A DNA stretch of 64,000 nucleotides, from NCBI GenBank assembly GCA_964016885.1, contig CAXHJY010001379.1, positions 1 to 64,000 of the forward strand. Direction: 5' to 3'. Below, piece by piece: positions 1-11,672 of this stretch (position 1 is its first letter; each line of letters opens with the position of its first letter). The notes below the pieces were generated by a model. That model was not told where the DNA came from. It made no database searches and saw only the letters and a program-made list of their open reading frames with translations. Both the position numbers and the translations under genes were made by a program. This DNA is from Eledone cirrhosa. Its lineage: Eukaryota.

Positions 1-57
1 AAACAACACAATATAACTATTCCATTACCCACGGTTTCACGAACTTAGACGATTCTA

Positions 58-145
58 ACAGAAACGTCTGATATCGCTCACCGGAAGGAATCTTTATTTG
101 GATATATCCAAATAAAGATTCCTTCCGGTGAGCGATATCAGACGT

Positions 146-151
<6 letters not shown>
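58..151. repeat. Perfect 94-bp palindrome with no spacer
   Basis: acagaaacgtctgatatcgctcaccggaaggaatctttatttggata|tatccaaataaagattcc...gacgtttctgt; centre between 104 and 105. Confidence 0.95.
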
Positions 152-203
<52 letters not shown>

Positions 204-448
204 AGCGAAACAATTGTAAACGGACATTATTATTATTAATATTATTCTTTCGACTTTATTCTATCGACCCCGGAATAAAGTACCAGTAATGCATTGGGTA
301 ATTGCTGGCCTTGTGCCAAAAGTAGAAACAATTATTATTAATATTATTATTTTATTCTCTACATTCGTTACATCAAACTAAAATATGTTGACAACCTTTA
401 ATAATGTCTTCTTTGTGAAATTTGTGGTCTCTTGTTTTGCTTAACTAA

Positions 449-546
<98 letters not shown>

Positions 547-547
547 A

Positions 548-780
548 TATACGTCACACACAAGAGATGTCAACATGAATGGACCTGTTATTTTTATCTA
601 AAGACATTTTTTCCAATTCCAACCCGCTCGTCCCTTCAATCTATCTTATTTCTTATTCTTTCTTCTGATAAAGGACTAGCGTCAGAAACGTCAAGACCCT
701 CTTCCTGCTATTTCAAGCGTTAATCTAATATATTCCTTTCATAAACTGTACCGATTGTGTTGTTATTCTTGCTTACCTTT

Positions 781-790
<10 letters not shown>
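548..790 (+). mobile_element. Short Penelope-like/non-autonomous repeat carrying a hammerhead-like motif (copy 1; others at 16128-16357 + and 22480-22670 -)
   Basis: Three dispersed copies of about 240 bp (caagagatgtcaacatgaa...ccttttacataca(ta)n) with a central CTGATGA..GAAAC motif. Confidence 0.7.
661..696 (+). ncRNA. Minimal hammerhead ribozyme motif (core mutated to CTGATAA, GUC site intact)
   Basis: TCTT-CTGATAA-A-GGAC-TAGC-GTCA-GAAA-CG-TC-AAGA. Confidence 0.55.
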
Positions 791-878
<88 letters not shown>

Positions 879-955
879 GTGTATGTTTGTGTGTGTGTGA
901 ATGCATTGGCGTGTATGTCTATATGTAAATGTACAAACACACATATATATATGCA

Positions 956-1087
<132 letters not shown>

Positions 1088-1536
1088 ATGGAATATAAAT
1101 CGTTTGCCGACATATATTCTACTTCACAACAACGACGGCCTTCTACATTACATTCTCTTTAATTTCTCTTTCACCAACCTCCGTTGCTCTATCGATCGTA
1201 ACAACAACAACAAAAACAAAAACAACTACCCAAAAAAAAAATACTAAACAATAAAAAAACGACTATAAAGACATAAAGTAAATCTGTTGTATGTAGATAT
1301 TATTATGTAGATTTACGATGAGGTTTTTTTATGTTTGTGTTTGTGTGTGTTGTTGTTGTTGGTGGTGGTGATGTCGTTTTTCTATCTCAGCTATAGAAGA
1401 GCAGACCTATTTCTAGGAGAGGTGATGTGATGTGGATCAAATAGTCATTAGTTATGGAAACAGTTTGTGTGGATCTCAGAGATCAATGATGCTGTTGTCT
1501 GTACTAGTACAGTAATAACCAATGCCATCGTCGTCG

Positions 1537-1583
<47 letters not shown>

Positions 1584-1690
1584 AGCAGCATCGTCGTCGT
1601 CGTCGTCATCATCAATAACAACCACATCAACAATGGCATTAGCAACAACACCAACGACATCAATACCAACAGCAACGATCACAGCTACAG

Positions 1691-2175
1691 CACCAGCACT
1701 ATCATCTTATAGAGTAGACTGGATGTTCTTTGTTGAGGCACCAGCACTATCATCTTAGAGAGTGGACTGGGTATTCTTTGTTGAGGCACCAGCACTATCA
1801 TCTTACAGAGTGGACTGGGTATTCTTTGTTGTGGCACCAGCACTATCATCTTATAGAGTGGACTGGGTGTTCTTTGTTGTGGCACCAACACTATCATCTT
1901 ACAGAGTGGACTGAGTGTTCTTTGTTGAGGCACCAGCACTATCATCTTATAGAGTGGACCGGGTGTTCTTTGTTGTGGCACCAGCACTATCATCTTACAA
2001 AGAGGACTGGGTGTTCTTTGTTGAGGCACCAGCACTATCATCTTATAGAGTGGACTGGGTGTTCTTTGTTGTGGCTCCAGCACTACCATATTAGAGAGTG
2101 GCCTTTTGTTACAAAACCAGCACTGCCATATTACAGGGTGGACTGGGTGCTTTTGTCGCAACACCAGAGCACTTG
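1691..2175. repeat. 48-bp minisatellite, about 10 copies
   Basis: Unit caccagcactatcatcttatagagtggactgggtgttctttgttgagg. Confidence 0.92.
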
Positions 2176-2330
2176 GCCCTAGGGTTACCTCCCTTCTTAC
2201 CACCATAGGCGTTGAGCTGGCTAGCCGCAGGTGTTGTGAGCCTCGCGAGATGGAATGGCTCTTCCAGCGCAGCTCCCTTACCATCCTCCGGGGAAACGCC
2301 TTCTCCATTCTGTCCGCTGGGGCCGTGGGG
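2165..2330 (+). mobile_element. 3' fragment of an RLE-type (CRE-like) non-LTR retrotransposon
   Basis: The translation LGPRVTSLLTTIG...EPREMEWLFQRSSLTILRGNAFSIL resembles the QRLS.A.QRGNA C-terminal motif of restriction-like-endonuclease elements. Confidence 0.65.
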
Positions 2331-2562
2331 CGGCCAGCGCATGGGACCCCTTTTGCTCATAATACAGAAAGATGGGGAGGGCGTGAGAGATGGAGGCGAT
2401 GACAGTGGGAGTTCGGCTCTTCCGTGTTTGGACACATTTATCAATTCTATGTTGCTGTTGATAATCTCCAAAAGAAGACTATTCGACTATGTAGATGGTT
2501 GTGATACACCAATAAAACATACGAGTATTCCATTGTGAGTGACTTTTTTATTTTTTATTGTA

Positions 2563-3107
2563 CAGGGTGGTCCGAAAGTCTTGTGACCCCTTGTCACATA
2601 TTGTTTTAAATTTCATTATTTTTTGTTTTAATAATATAATATATATCATCATTAATTGGTGGCTTGGCAGTATCGGTAGAGGATCAGACGCCATGCTTTG
2701 ACGCATAGAGTTACGGCCCTTGCCATTCTGAGTTCAAATCCCGCCGAGGTTAACTTTGCCTTTCATCCTTACGGGTTCGATAAAATAAAGTACCAGTAAT
2801 ACACTGGGATAATTGCTGGCCTTGTGCCAAATATAGAAACAATTAATTATAATATATAATAGCAATAATATAATTTTCTATTTCAGATGGCTGACACGAG
2901 CTCCTAAAGTTTGGAAGAGAGGCTGCTTGCAAGTGTATGGACACATGATCGTATGCATTGTGGCAAGAGCATGGAGGATGTATGACATGACTTCACTGCA
3001 AGATTCGGCAAAACCAGCTCCTCGGAAGAGGACGACACTGCGATGGGAACATCAACTGTTTTTCATTACTTTTTGGTAGTGGGTGACAAGACTTTCGGAC
3101 CACCCTG
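2563..3107 (+). mobile_element. Non-autonomous Tc1/mariner element with a nested SINE
   Basis: TA flanks; about 25-bp TIR CAGGGTGGTCCGAAAGTCTTGT; internal decayed transposase-like N-terminus near 2887-3050; SINE at 2658-2845. Confidence 0.85.
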
Positions 3108-3749
3108 TAGTTGAAATATTAAGCATGGCGAGACCATCACAAATCTCACCAGCCTCTCTTTATTGTCTCTTAAAGTATTTCTGCATTATCAGTTCGTTTA
3201 GTTTATTAATACACGTGTAAAGTTAAGGCTATATTTGTTGGGAATGAGGATAGGGTGGGATGAGGTGGGGTCGGGTGGGGGTGAGGTGAGTGGGGTGGGT
3301 GGGCGTTTAAATAAATTCATTTGTTAATTTTTTATTTTTTATTCATTAAGCTTTTGTTTCTGTATATCGATTTTATGCGTGATGGAGCAATGTTTCGTAT
3401 TATCGATCCGCGTGAATACTTACATTTTTTTTTTTTGCTGCTTCGTATTTCATTTTTTTTTTTTTTTTTTGCTGCTTCGTATTTCATTTTTTTTTTTTTT
3501 TTTTTTTTTTTTTACTCCTATAATTAAAATATGTTCTAATGAGTCGATCAATGAAGGAGCGTTTCCGTGCTCATGGTTGCCAGATCAAGTTCATAATAAA
3601 AAAAAAATGAATGGCACATTTTTTTTCTTTTTCAAAAGTGTCGCAGATTGCGTTAGAAAATAACTTTCATTTTAAAACTTTTTTCTAGTAAAATAAAACA
3701 ATAAGCGCACCCACACCACACCCAACACCCGTCGTAGCTCTTTTTACAT

Positions 3750-3800
<51 letters not shown>

Positions 3801-3862
3801 ATATATATATATATATTATGAAATACTGTTGGCTTCACGCTCACAACAATTTCTATACTTTA

Positions 3863-3967
<105 letters not shown>

Positions 3968-6900
3968 GGGGATTAACAACAGTTAAAAAAAGGTACTCAA
4001 TACATTAGTAGAGTGTAAGCATTATTGTTTGGTACTTTACGTTCTGAGTTCAAATCCTGCCGATGTTAGCTTTGTCTTTCGTCCTTACGGGGTCAGTAAA
4101 ATAAAGTACCAGTAACGTACTGGGGTCGATTTAGTCAACTTTCCTCTTCTCTTCAAATTGATGGCTTTGTGCCAAATGTAGAAACAATTATTGTTTAATA
4201 CAGAAATGGCTTCTACTATTTGCGTCAAAGTGAGCCGTGAGAAAAAAGAAAAAAAAAAACCTCTTCTATCAAGAACATTAAACGCTTCAAAATATGTAAG
4301 AGTTATGTCCCCTGCAAATTCCTATCATATGGGCCACCGTCGTTTTAACGATGAGTGTTCCAGTTGTTTAATCATCAGAACTGTCTGCTCATGATATTAA
4401 CGTGTACGTGGCTGAGTATTCTACGGACACGAGTATTCTACGGACACATTAACGTTATTCTCGAGGAGATTCAGCACGACAAACGTGTGTAACAAGGTTG
4501 GCTCTTTGAATTAAAGGTAGAGGAATCCATTCGATGCGCTTCGAAACCTAACTTCCGTCTACCTAACTTCACTCACATGGATCGACCTTGGAATAAAATA
4601 AATGACACTTGTCCAAGATGCCCTACAATGAGCTAATCGAACCTAGGACCATATAATTTGGGATGCGAATATCTTAGCCTTTTGGCCGTGTTGTGTCCCC
4701 TGATTTATATCATATATTTAACAAAACCTGAACGGGTTTACGAGGATCGACTAAAAGGTTCATAGCGCATTTTTCTTAAAAACCTAGCAGAGTCCATCTT
4801 CTCTTCAGGTCTGAATACAGCAGATTTATTACAGTGAAGGATAGAGAGAGAGAATGAGAGAATAGAAATGAGGAAGAGATATAGAGGAGCAATCGACTCC
4901 AGTACTAGACTGGTTCCTTTTATTTTTATTTTTTTTTTTTTTGTCGAGCTTGAATGGATTAAAGGCTAAGTTTACCTCGGCAGAGAGCGGAGAGCTGAAA
5001 CGAATACCTTAAAGCATTCTATCGGACGTTCTAACGGATCTTCCAATTCGCTGCCTAAAGTCAACTATATACCCACTCAAAATTGATATCCTTCTGTCTA
5101 AACTGATGTCACAACAAAAACACCTAAACCACCCCAAAAAAGTGGTAGTGTTGACAATACAACAAGTGCACCATGTCAACTCTGTAAAATAGTAGTGTTG
5201 ATGCTACAACAAAAACCACTCTCTACTTTGTAAGGTAGGTGCCATGAAATAGGACCCAGTAAGATGGTAGTGATGGTGGCATGACAAAGAGTGCTTAGTC
5301 CACTCTGTAAAATGGTTGGCGTTAAGAAGGGTATCCAACCGTACAAAAGATGGTCACCTTCGGAACTCCATCGATAACGTCTGCTGAATTAGAACTGGCT
5401 AGTAGTTAAACAGTAACACTTACTCGAATAGTTTAACACAAGGGTGGGCAAAATTTTGGATTGGGTACCACATTGACTGGGTCATGAACACTAGATTTAT
5501 TATTGGATAAAGTATACCAGTAACCTTATCTTTTTTCAGTAAGAGTTTAGAAAATATAAAATATAAACTGGATCATTATAATACATAAATTAATAAAATT
5601 GTTAAATACAGAATGTTTTCTTTTAATTTGTGTCAGTACATCACAAAACATACCAGAACAAGCAATTTAATTAGACAAATGCAACTGATCACAATTTGTT
5701 ACAATTTTTTATTAAGCTGGCACAAGGTTGCTGATAGAAATTAGCACTGCATGCAGGTTTATGTCTGAAATCATGGATCTGTTCTTGAACTTGTTTATTT
5801 TAAGACAGGAAAAACTGTTCACAGATGTAAGTTGACCCAAAAATAGAAAACAATCTGGCAGCAAATCTTCCCAAACATGGAAATTTTCATCTGAAAGAGA
5901 CTTGAAATGGCACAGAATGAAACATTTGCTTGCATGTCAATTAGTTCAAGCTGTATTTCCTTTTTTTTTTTTTTTTAATTCGCCAAATGCTTTCACATTT
6001 GTAGTTTGCTCACTCCTGGTTTAGCATATATTAGATTGAACTCGCAAGGGAGACCACTCTTCGTGGAAAGCTTTAACCACGGGAAACAACTCTTTGCTAT
6101 CGTCTGCTACTTCGATTTTTTTCCCTCTAATTTTTTATAATATTCTTCCGATATATGTACATAAATGGTTTCTAAAACCACAATATTTGACTAGTATTTT
6201 GTTTTATCGAACCCAAACGGATGAAAGGCAAAGTTGACCATGGCATAAAAGGTTTTAGCTGTGTGTGTAGACGTGGGTACGCGCAACAAAACTGATGTCA
6301 CAACAAAAACACCTAAACCACCCCAAAAAAGTGGTAGTGTTGGCAATACAACAAAAGCACCATGTCAACTCTGTAAAATAGTAGTGTTGATGCTACAACA
6401 AAAACCACTCTCTACTTTGTAATGGCACAGAATGAAAAATTTGATTCTACTTGCATGTCAATTAGTTCAAGCTGTATTTCATTTTTTTTTTTTTTTTAAT
6501 TCGCCAAATGCTTTCACGGACCGTAGTTTGCCCACTCCTGGTTTAGCATATATTAGATTGAACTCTCAAGAGAGACCACTCTTCGTGGAAAGCTTTAACC
6601 AAGGGAGACCACTCTTCATAGAAAGCTTTAAGCACGGGAGACAACTCTTTGCTATCGTCTGCTACTTCGATTTTTTTTTCCTTCCAACTTTTTATAATAT
6701 TCTTCCGATATATGTACATAAATGGTTTCTAAAACCACAATATTTGACTAGTATTTTGTTTTATCGACACCAAACGGATGAAAGGCAAAGTTGACCATGG
6801 CATCAAAGGCCGTAACTAAATACAATACATTTTATCAAAGGCTCTGGGGTCAGAATCAGTAAAGCGTCAGACAAATTGTTGCGCCATTTAATTACCTTCC

Positions 6901-6985
6901 TTTATGTTCTCAGTTCATATCCTGCCGTGGTAAACTTGGCTTTTCATTCTTTCGTGGTTCTGGATATTCAATATATCCCCCGACA

Positions 6986-7016
<31 letters not shown>

Positions 7017-8220
7017 CACACAGGGTGTACCAGCAGTTGACAATGATGCTGCTGCGCCAATCATTTGGTATGACACCATCTAGTATTACTTGGTTTACAA
7101 TGTGTGTGGTTATGGTTAACCTACCAACCCAGATGCTTTCAGCATCTCAGCAACTATTCCAGATGAACTGGATACAGTAAGAAATTGGTTAGACCATTAC
7201 TTACCTGAGTACTCGATACTTAGAGCAGTAGAGTATGGTTATATGAAAGGGTCAGGACCCCGACGGCTGAGCTCTTGTTGTTTCAGCAGCTAATTCCAGA
7301 CTCAAACTAGCTGTTGAAACAGCAAGAGCTCAGCCGTCGGAGTCCTGGCCATTTCATTCATATATGTGTGTGTGAGTGAGTGTGGGTTCAATCAGAGATA
7401 ACCACAGTAAGGTACTCAATACATAGTAGAGTACATACAATATTTAAAATAGAAATGGCTTCTACAGGACTGGAACTATTTCATTCGAAGGAAATCATCA
7501 GGGCTTTCCTGATGATTTCCTTCGAATGAAACAGTTCCAGTCTTGCAGAAGCCATTTCTATGATTTCATGATTCATGCACTGTTCATTTTCCTGACATTT
7601 GAACATTATTCTATGTATTATACATGCACCTTTGATGAGTAGTGCACCTGAGCACTGTACACAATTTCATTATTATCATCATCTCAAATCAGTGAAGCTC
7701 ACTGCACCTATATCATCGTTTAACGTCTATCTTCCACACTAGCATTGGTTAGACAGGAATTGTCCCACTTGAGGCAAGATTGATCGGGTGACTGTGTTTC
7801 GCTCACATAAGGAGGTATGTGGCAGGTTTTCTGCAACTTGATGCCCTTCCTAACACCTATATATACACCCCACCCCATGTCTCCATGTTGTACCAACATA
7901 ACTTTACAGAGAAAGCCCAAACTAAAGAGGTTGTGTAGTTATCACAACAAAAAAAAAAAAAACACCGTCCACACTGTAAAGTGGGCATGTAGGAGACACG
8001 GTAAAAAGGCTCCCAGTCCACACTGTAAATGTGGTTGGTGTTAGGAAGGGCATCAAGCCGTAGAAAACCTGCCAGATACAGTCCTATATGAGCGAGACAG
8101 TCACCCGATCAATCTTGCCTCAAGTGGGACAATTCCCGTCTAACCCATGCTAGCATGGAAGATAGACATTAAACAATGATGATGATATAGGTGCAGTGAG
8201 CTTCACTGATTTGAGATAAT

Positions 8221-8408
8221 AATTGTTTCTACTTTAGGCACAAGGCCAGCAATTGCCCAGTACATTACTGGTACTTTATTTTATCGACCCCATAACGATG
8301 AAAGGCAAAGTTAACCTCGGCGGGATTTGAACTCAGACTGTAAAGAGACGTAACTATGCTAGAAAACATGGCGTCCAACCCTCTACCGATACTGCAATTC
8401 ACCGCCCT
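8221..8408 (-). mobile_element. SINE family A copy (further minus-strand copies at about 9315-9500, 16826-17300 cluster and 21628-21800)
   Basis: Reverse complement of family A, flanked by the direct repeat atttgagataataat. Confidence 0.85.
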
Positions 8409-8416
8409 AATTTGAG

Positions 8417-8447
<31 letters not shown>

Positions 8448-9539
8448 AATTATTGTGTACAGTACTCAGGTGCACTACAACTCATCAAAGGTGCATGTAT
8501 AATACATAGAATAATGTTCAAATGTCAGGAAAATGAACAGTGCATAAATCATGAAATACATGTGTGCGTGTGTATGGAGGGGGGGGGGGGCATAGCAATG
8601 GTCAAAACAATGATAATGAAGATGTAGATAATAATGGTTATGGCAATGATAATGAAAGAAGATGACAGTTTGTAAAAATAACGACCAGAAGTTGACCAAA
8701 TGACCAATCCTGACACATGGATTTATTAATATCTCATTTTTTTTTTTTTTTTTTTCAAATACTTCAGATTCCTGGAAGAATTTTCTCTCAATAGATGAGA
8801 GAATGGAGATAGAGAGGAATATTTCAGTCTTGGATTTTTTTTGTTTTGTTTTGTTTTATTTTATTTGTTATTTGATATTTTTCTTAGTTTTATTTTTTTA
8901 TTTTTTCAACCCAATGTCAAATATAAGAAAATGTTTTGGCTTCAAATTTTTTTTTTTTTTTTTTTTTCTTTTCATTTATTTTTCATTTCTTATAATTTTA
9001 TCTCGCTCCTTTTAATTTCATTTCTCGTTTCTATCAATAATTGTTCTGCTGATTTCACTTAGATTTACTTGACTTAAATTTTAAGTTTTTCATCAAATTA
9101 TATATATGTCTTTCAGCAAAGCTTTCTTAAAAGAAAAAGAAATAATTCTCCACTCAAATGTAACAGTTTTGATTTGGTTGTTGTTTTCATCATTGTTGTT
9201 GTTATTTGCTGCAGTTAAAATAGAAGTTATATTCCTAAAAAAAAATATTTAAAAAAAATAAATAAAAAAATCCAATAGATTAGGAAATCATACAACTAAT
9301 ACTACCACCACAAATAATTATTTTTTCTTTTGGCACAAGGCCAGCAATTACCCTAGTGTATTACTGGTGCTTTATTTATTCGACCCCGTAAGGATGAAAG
9401 GCAAAGTTAACCTTGGCGGGATCTGAACTCAGAACGTAAAGGGCCATTACTCTATGCTGCAAAGCATGGTGTCTGACGCTCTACCGATTCTGCCAATCAA
9501 CCATGCCACAAATAATGTGTCAGCTTCAGCACTCGGTTA

Positions 9540-10015
9540 TCAGAAGGAAGGTAGGTGTCAAAGCCAAACTTGTTATCTTGGTGCTCATGTTCATGCCTCA
9601 CCTTACCTATGGTCATGGTTATGACCAAAAGAATACAACCGTGAATACAAGCAGCTGAAATGATGTTCCTCCAATGGGTCTTTGGAATAACATTTATTCG
9701 ATAAGATCCATAGTTCATAGAAACAGGGTGTCATGTCAAGTGGAGCCTACTTCTCCACACCAAGCGATCACAGCACCAGTACTACAGACATATGGTCAAA
9801 ATATCTAAGGAAAGAATTCGAGGACAGACCTTACCAGCAAAATCAACTGGCAGGAGGAGACCTAGAGGAAGACAAATAAAATGGTTGGATAACATTCATA
9901 AGCTCAGTTGGTTGTGCTTGGGGTTCCAGCCAGATCGTTTGGAGAGGGTTGCTTCTAATTGGACCCTCTGGAAGGCATGTCTGAGGACTCTGCCTCTGCA
10001 GCCTTCACACTAATG
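9540..10015 (+). mobile_element. Decayed RTE-like LINE 3' fragment, antisense and just downstream of the DRG1 stop
   Basis: LTYG, IQAAEMMFL and GRRRPRGRQIKWLDNI motifs typical of RTE C-termini. Confidence 0.7.
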
Positions 10016-10115
10016 AGCAGGGTAAAAATAAGATATTACCCACCACAGTAGCCCACCTACATGAAGACAACTTACCATTTAGAAAGTGGTGGTGATGGTG
10101 GCACTAGAGGTATTT

Positions 10116-10215
10116 TTATTTCTTCACAATCTGAACAACATCTTCATCACACAGGATATGGTCTTTACCAACCTTTTGAGGTTGGTGTTTCACAGATGAG
10201 CCCCACACCAAGGCA
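10116..10215 (-). CDS. DRG1: DRG1 exon 9, terminal ([32 protein letters not shown])
   Basis: Acceptor ccccag|T; conserved DRG C-terminus ending in TAA at 10118-10116. Confidence 0.95.
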
Positions 10216-10354
10216 CTGGGGGACGAGGAGAAAAAAGAAAAGAAAAAAAAAATAACAATATGAGTTGAGCAGCTGTTGTATAACACTGGAAGGAGGGAGA
10301 GGAGAAACAGTACTTGTCGTTACTGTTATTGTTGCTGTTGTTGATACTGTTGTT

Positions 10355-10990
10355 AATAGTGGTGGTGATGGTGGTGAGTGGTAGGGGTAGTGGTGATGGT
10401 GGTGAGTGGTAGGGGTAGTGGTGATGGTGGTAGTAGTGATGGTGGTAGTGAGGGTGGCAGTGGTAGTGAGGGTAGCAGCGGTAGTGGTGGTGATGGCAGT
10501 GGAAGCTGTGGCAATGGTGGTGGTGGTGATGGCAGTGGAAGCTGTGGCAATGGTGGTGGTGATGGTGGCAGTGGTGGTGGTGGTGGTGGTGATTGTGGCA
10601 GTGGTAGTGGTAGTGGTGTTGGCAGCAGTGGTAGTGGTGATGGTGGCAGTGGTGATGGTGATGGTGGCAGTGGTGATGATAGCAGTGGTAGTGGTAGTGG
10701 TGGTGATGGTGACAGTGGTGGTGGTGGTGATGGTGACAGTGGTGGTGGTGGTGATTGTGGCAGTGGTAGTGGTGATGGCAGCAGTGGTAGTGGTGTTGGC
10801 AGCAGTGGTAGTGGTGATGGTGGCAGTGGTGATGATAGCAGTGGTAGTGGTAGTGGTGATGGTGGCAGTGGTAGTGGTGATAGTGGTAGTGGTGTTGGCA
10901 ACAGCGGTAGTGGTGATGGTGGAAGCTGTGGCAATGATGTTAGTAGTGGTAGTAGTAGTGGTGGTGGTGGTGGTGGTGGTGGTAATGGTC
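10355..10990. repeat. Compound (GGT/GAT/AGT/GGC)n trinucleotide tract filling DRG1 intron 8
   Basis: Directly visible; produces the poly-Thr, Val, Gly and Pro ORFs. Confidence 0.95.
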
Positions 10991-11018
10991 ATAGCGGTAT
11001 CATTGTTAATATACTTAC

Positions 11019-11141
11019 TGTTTAAATTCTCTCATGATGTTCCGATGAATTTTGTCACAGAAATCTTCTACACTGCTTTTGCCTTGTTTCAGTACAACAG
11101 GGGAACGATAATCAGGGAGCTGGCCTTTCGGTTTGGTATAG
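11019..11141 (-). CDS. DRG1: DRG1 exon 8 ([17 protein letters not shown]...[16 protein letters not shown])
   Basis: Acceptor ccacag|C, donor CA|GTAAGT; start of the TGS domain. Confidence 0.95.
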
Positions 11142-11164
11142 CTGTGGAGTCAATAAAGAGATAG

Positions 11165-11166
<2 letters not shown>

Positions 11167-11195
<29 letters not shown>

Positions 11196-11672
11196 ACGTT
11201 TAACGTCCGTGTTCCACGCTTGCATGGGTTTGGACGGGGGTAGTCCCACTTGAGGCAAGAGTGATTGTCTTGCTCGCATAGGACTGTCTGGCAGGTTTTC
11301 CACAGTTGGATGCCCTTCCTAACACCAACCACATTTACAGTGTGGGTCTGGGAGGTTTTTACCGTGTTGCCTACACGGCCACATTACAGCGTGGACTGTG
11401 TGTTTTTTTGTCGTGACACCTACACGATCTCATTTGTTTCGGCCTCGATGGCGCGGCACCAACATAACTTTACATAGAACGGGGTGGTGTGGATCGGGTG
11501 GGGGTGGTGGTGGTGGGACGGGGTGTATTTTGTTAGAGATGCCTACTGGCTGGAGTAGGTTTTACTATATATTTAGGTAAGGCGGGTCTTCTCTGTTACT
11601 GAGTACCGCCAAAGGTCTCGGTCCAGTGACATTGTCTTGGAGAGGTGTAAGTGTGTGATGTCGGAGTTTATC
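11167..11672 (-). mobile_element. Retroposed element with the RTE-type 3' tail and (GAT)n end, inserted between the array and the true exon 8 acceptor
   Basis: The plus strand shows (CAT)n, then gtttaacgtccgt..ccacgcttgcatgggtt and ggatgcccttcctaacaccaacc, the tail shared by many copies in the window. Removing it rejoins a normal array unit. Confidence 0.75.

Noticed and set aside
1685-2308. 207-aa and 150-aa repeat-protein ORFs
   Set aside because: They are translations of a 48-bp minisatellite whose length is a multiple of 3, with no independent coding evidence.
10165-11164. Long poly-Thr, poly-Val, Gly/Ser and Pro-rich ORFs (mucin- or silk-like)
   Set aside because: They are products of a trinucleotide tract open in several frames inside DRG1 intron 8, overlapping real exons out of frame or antisense.
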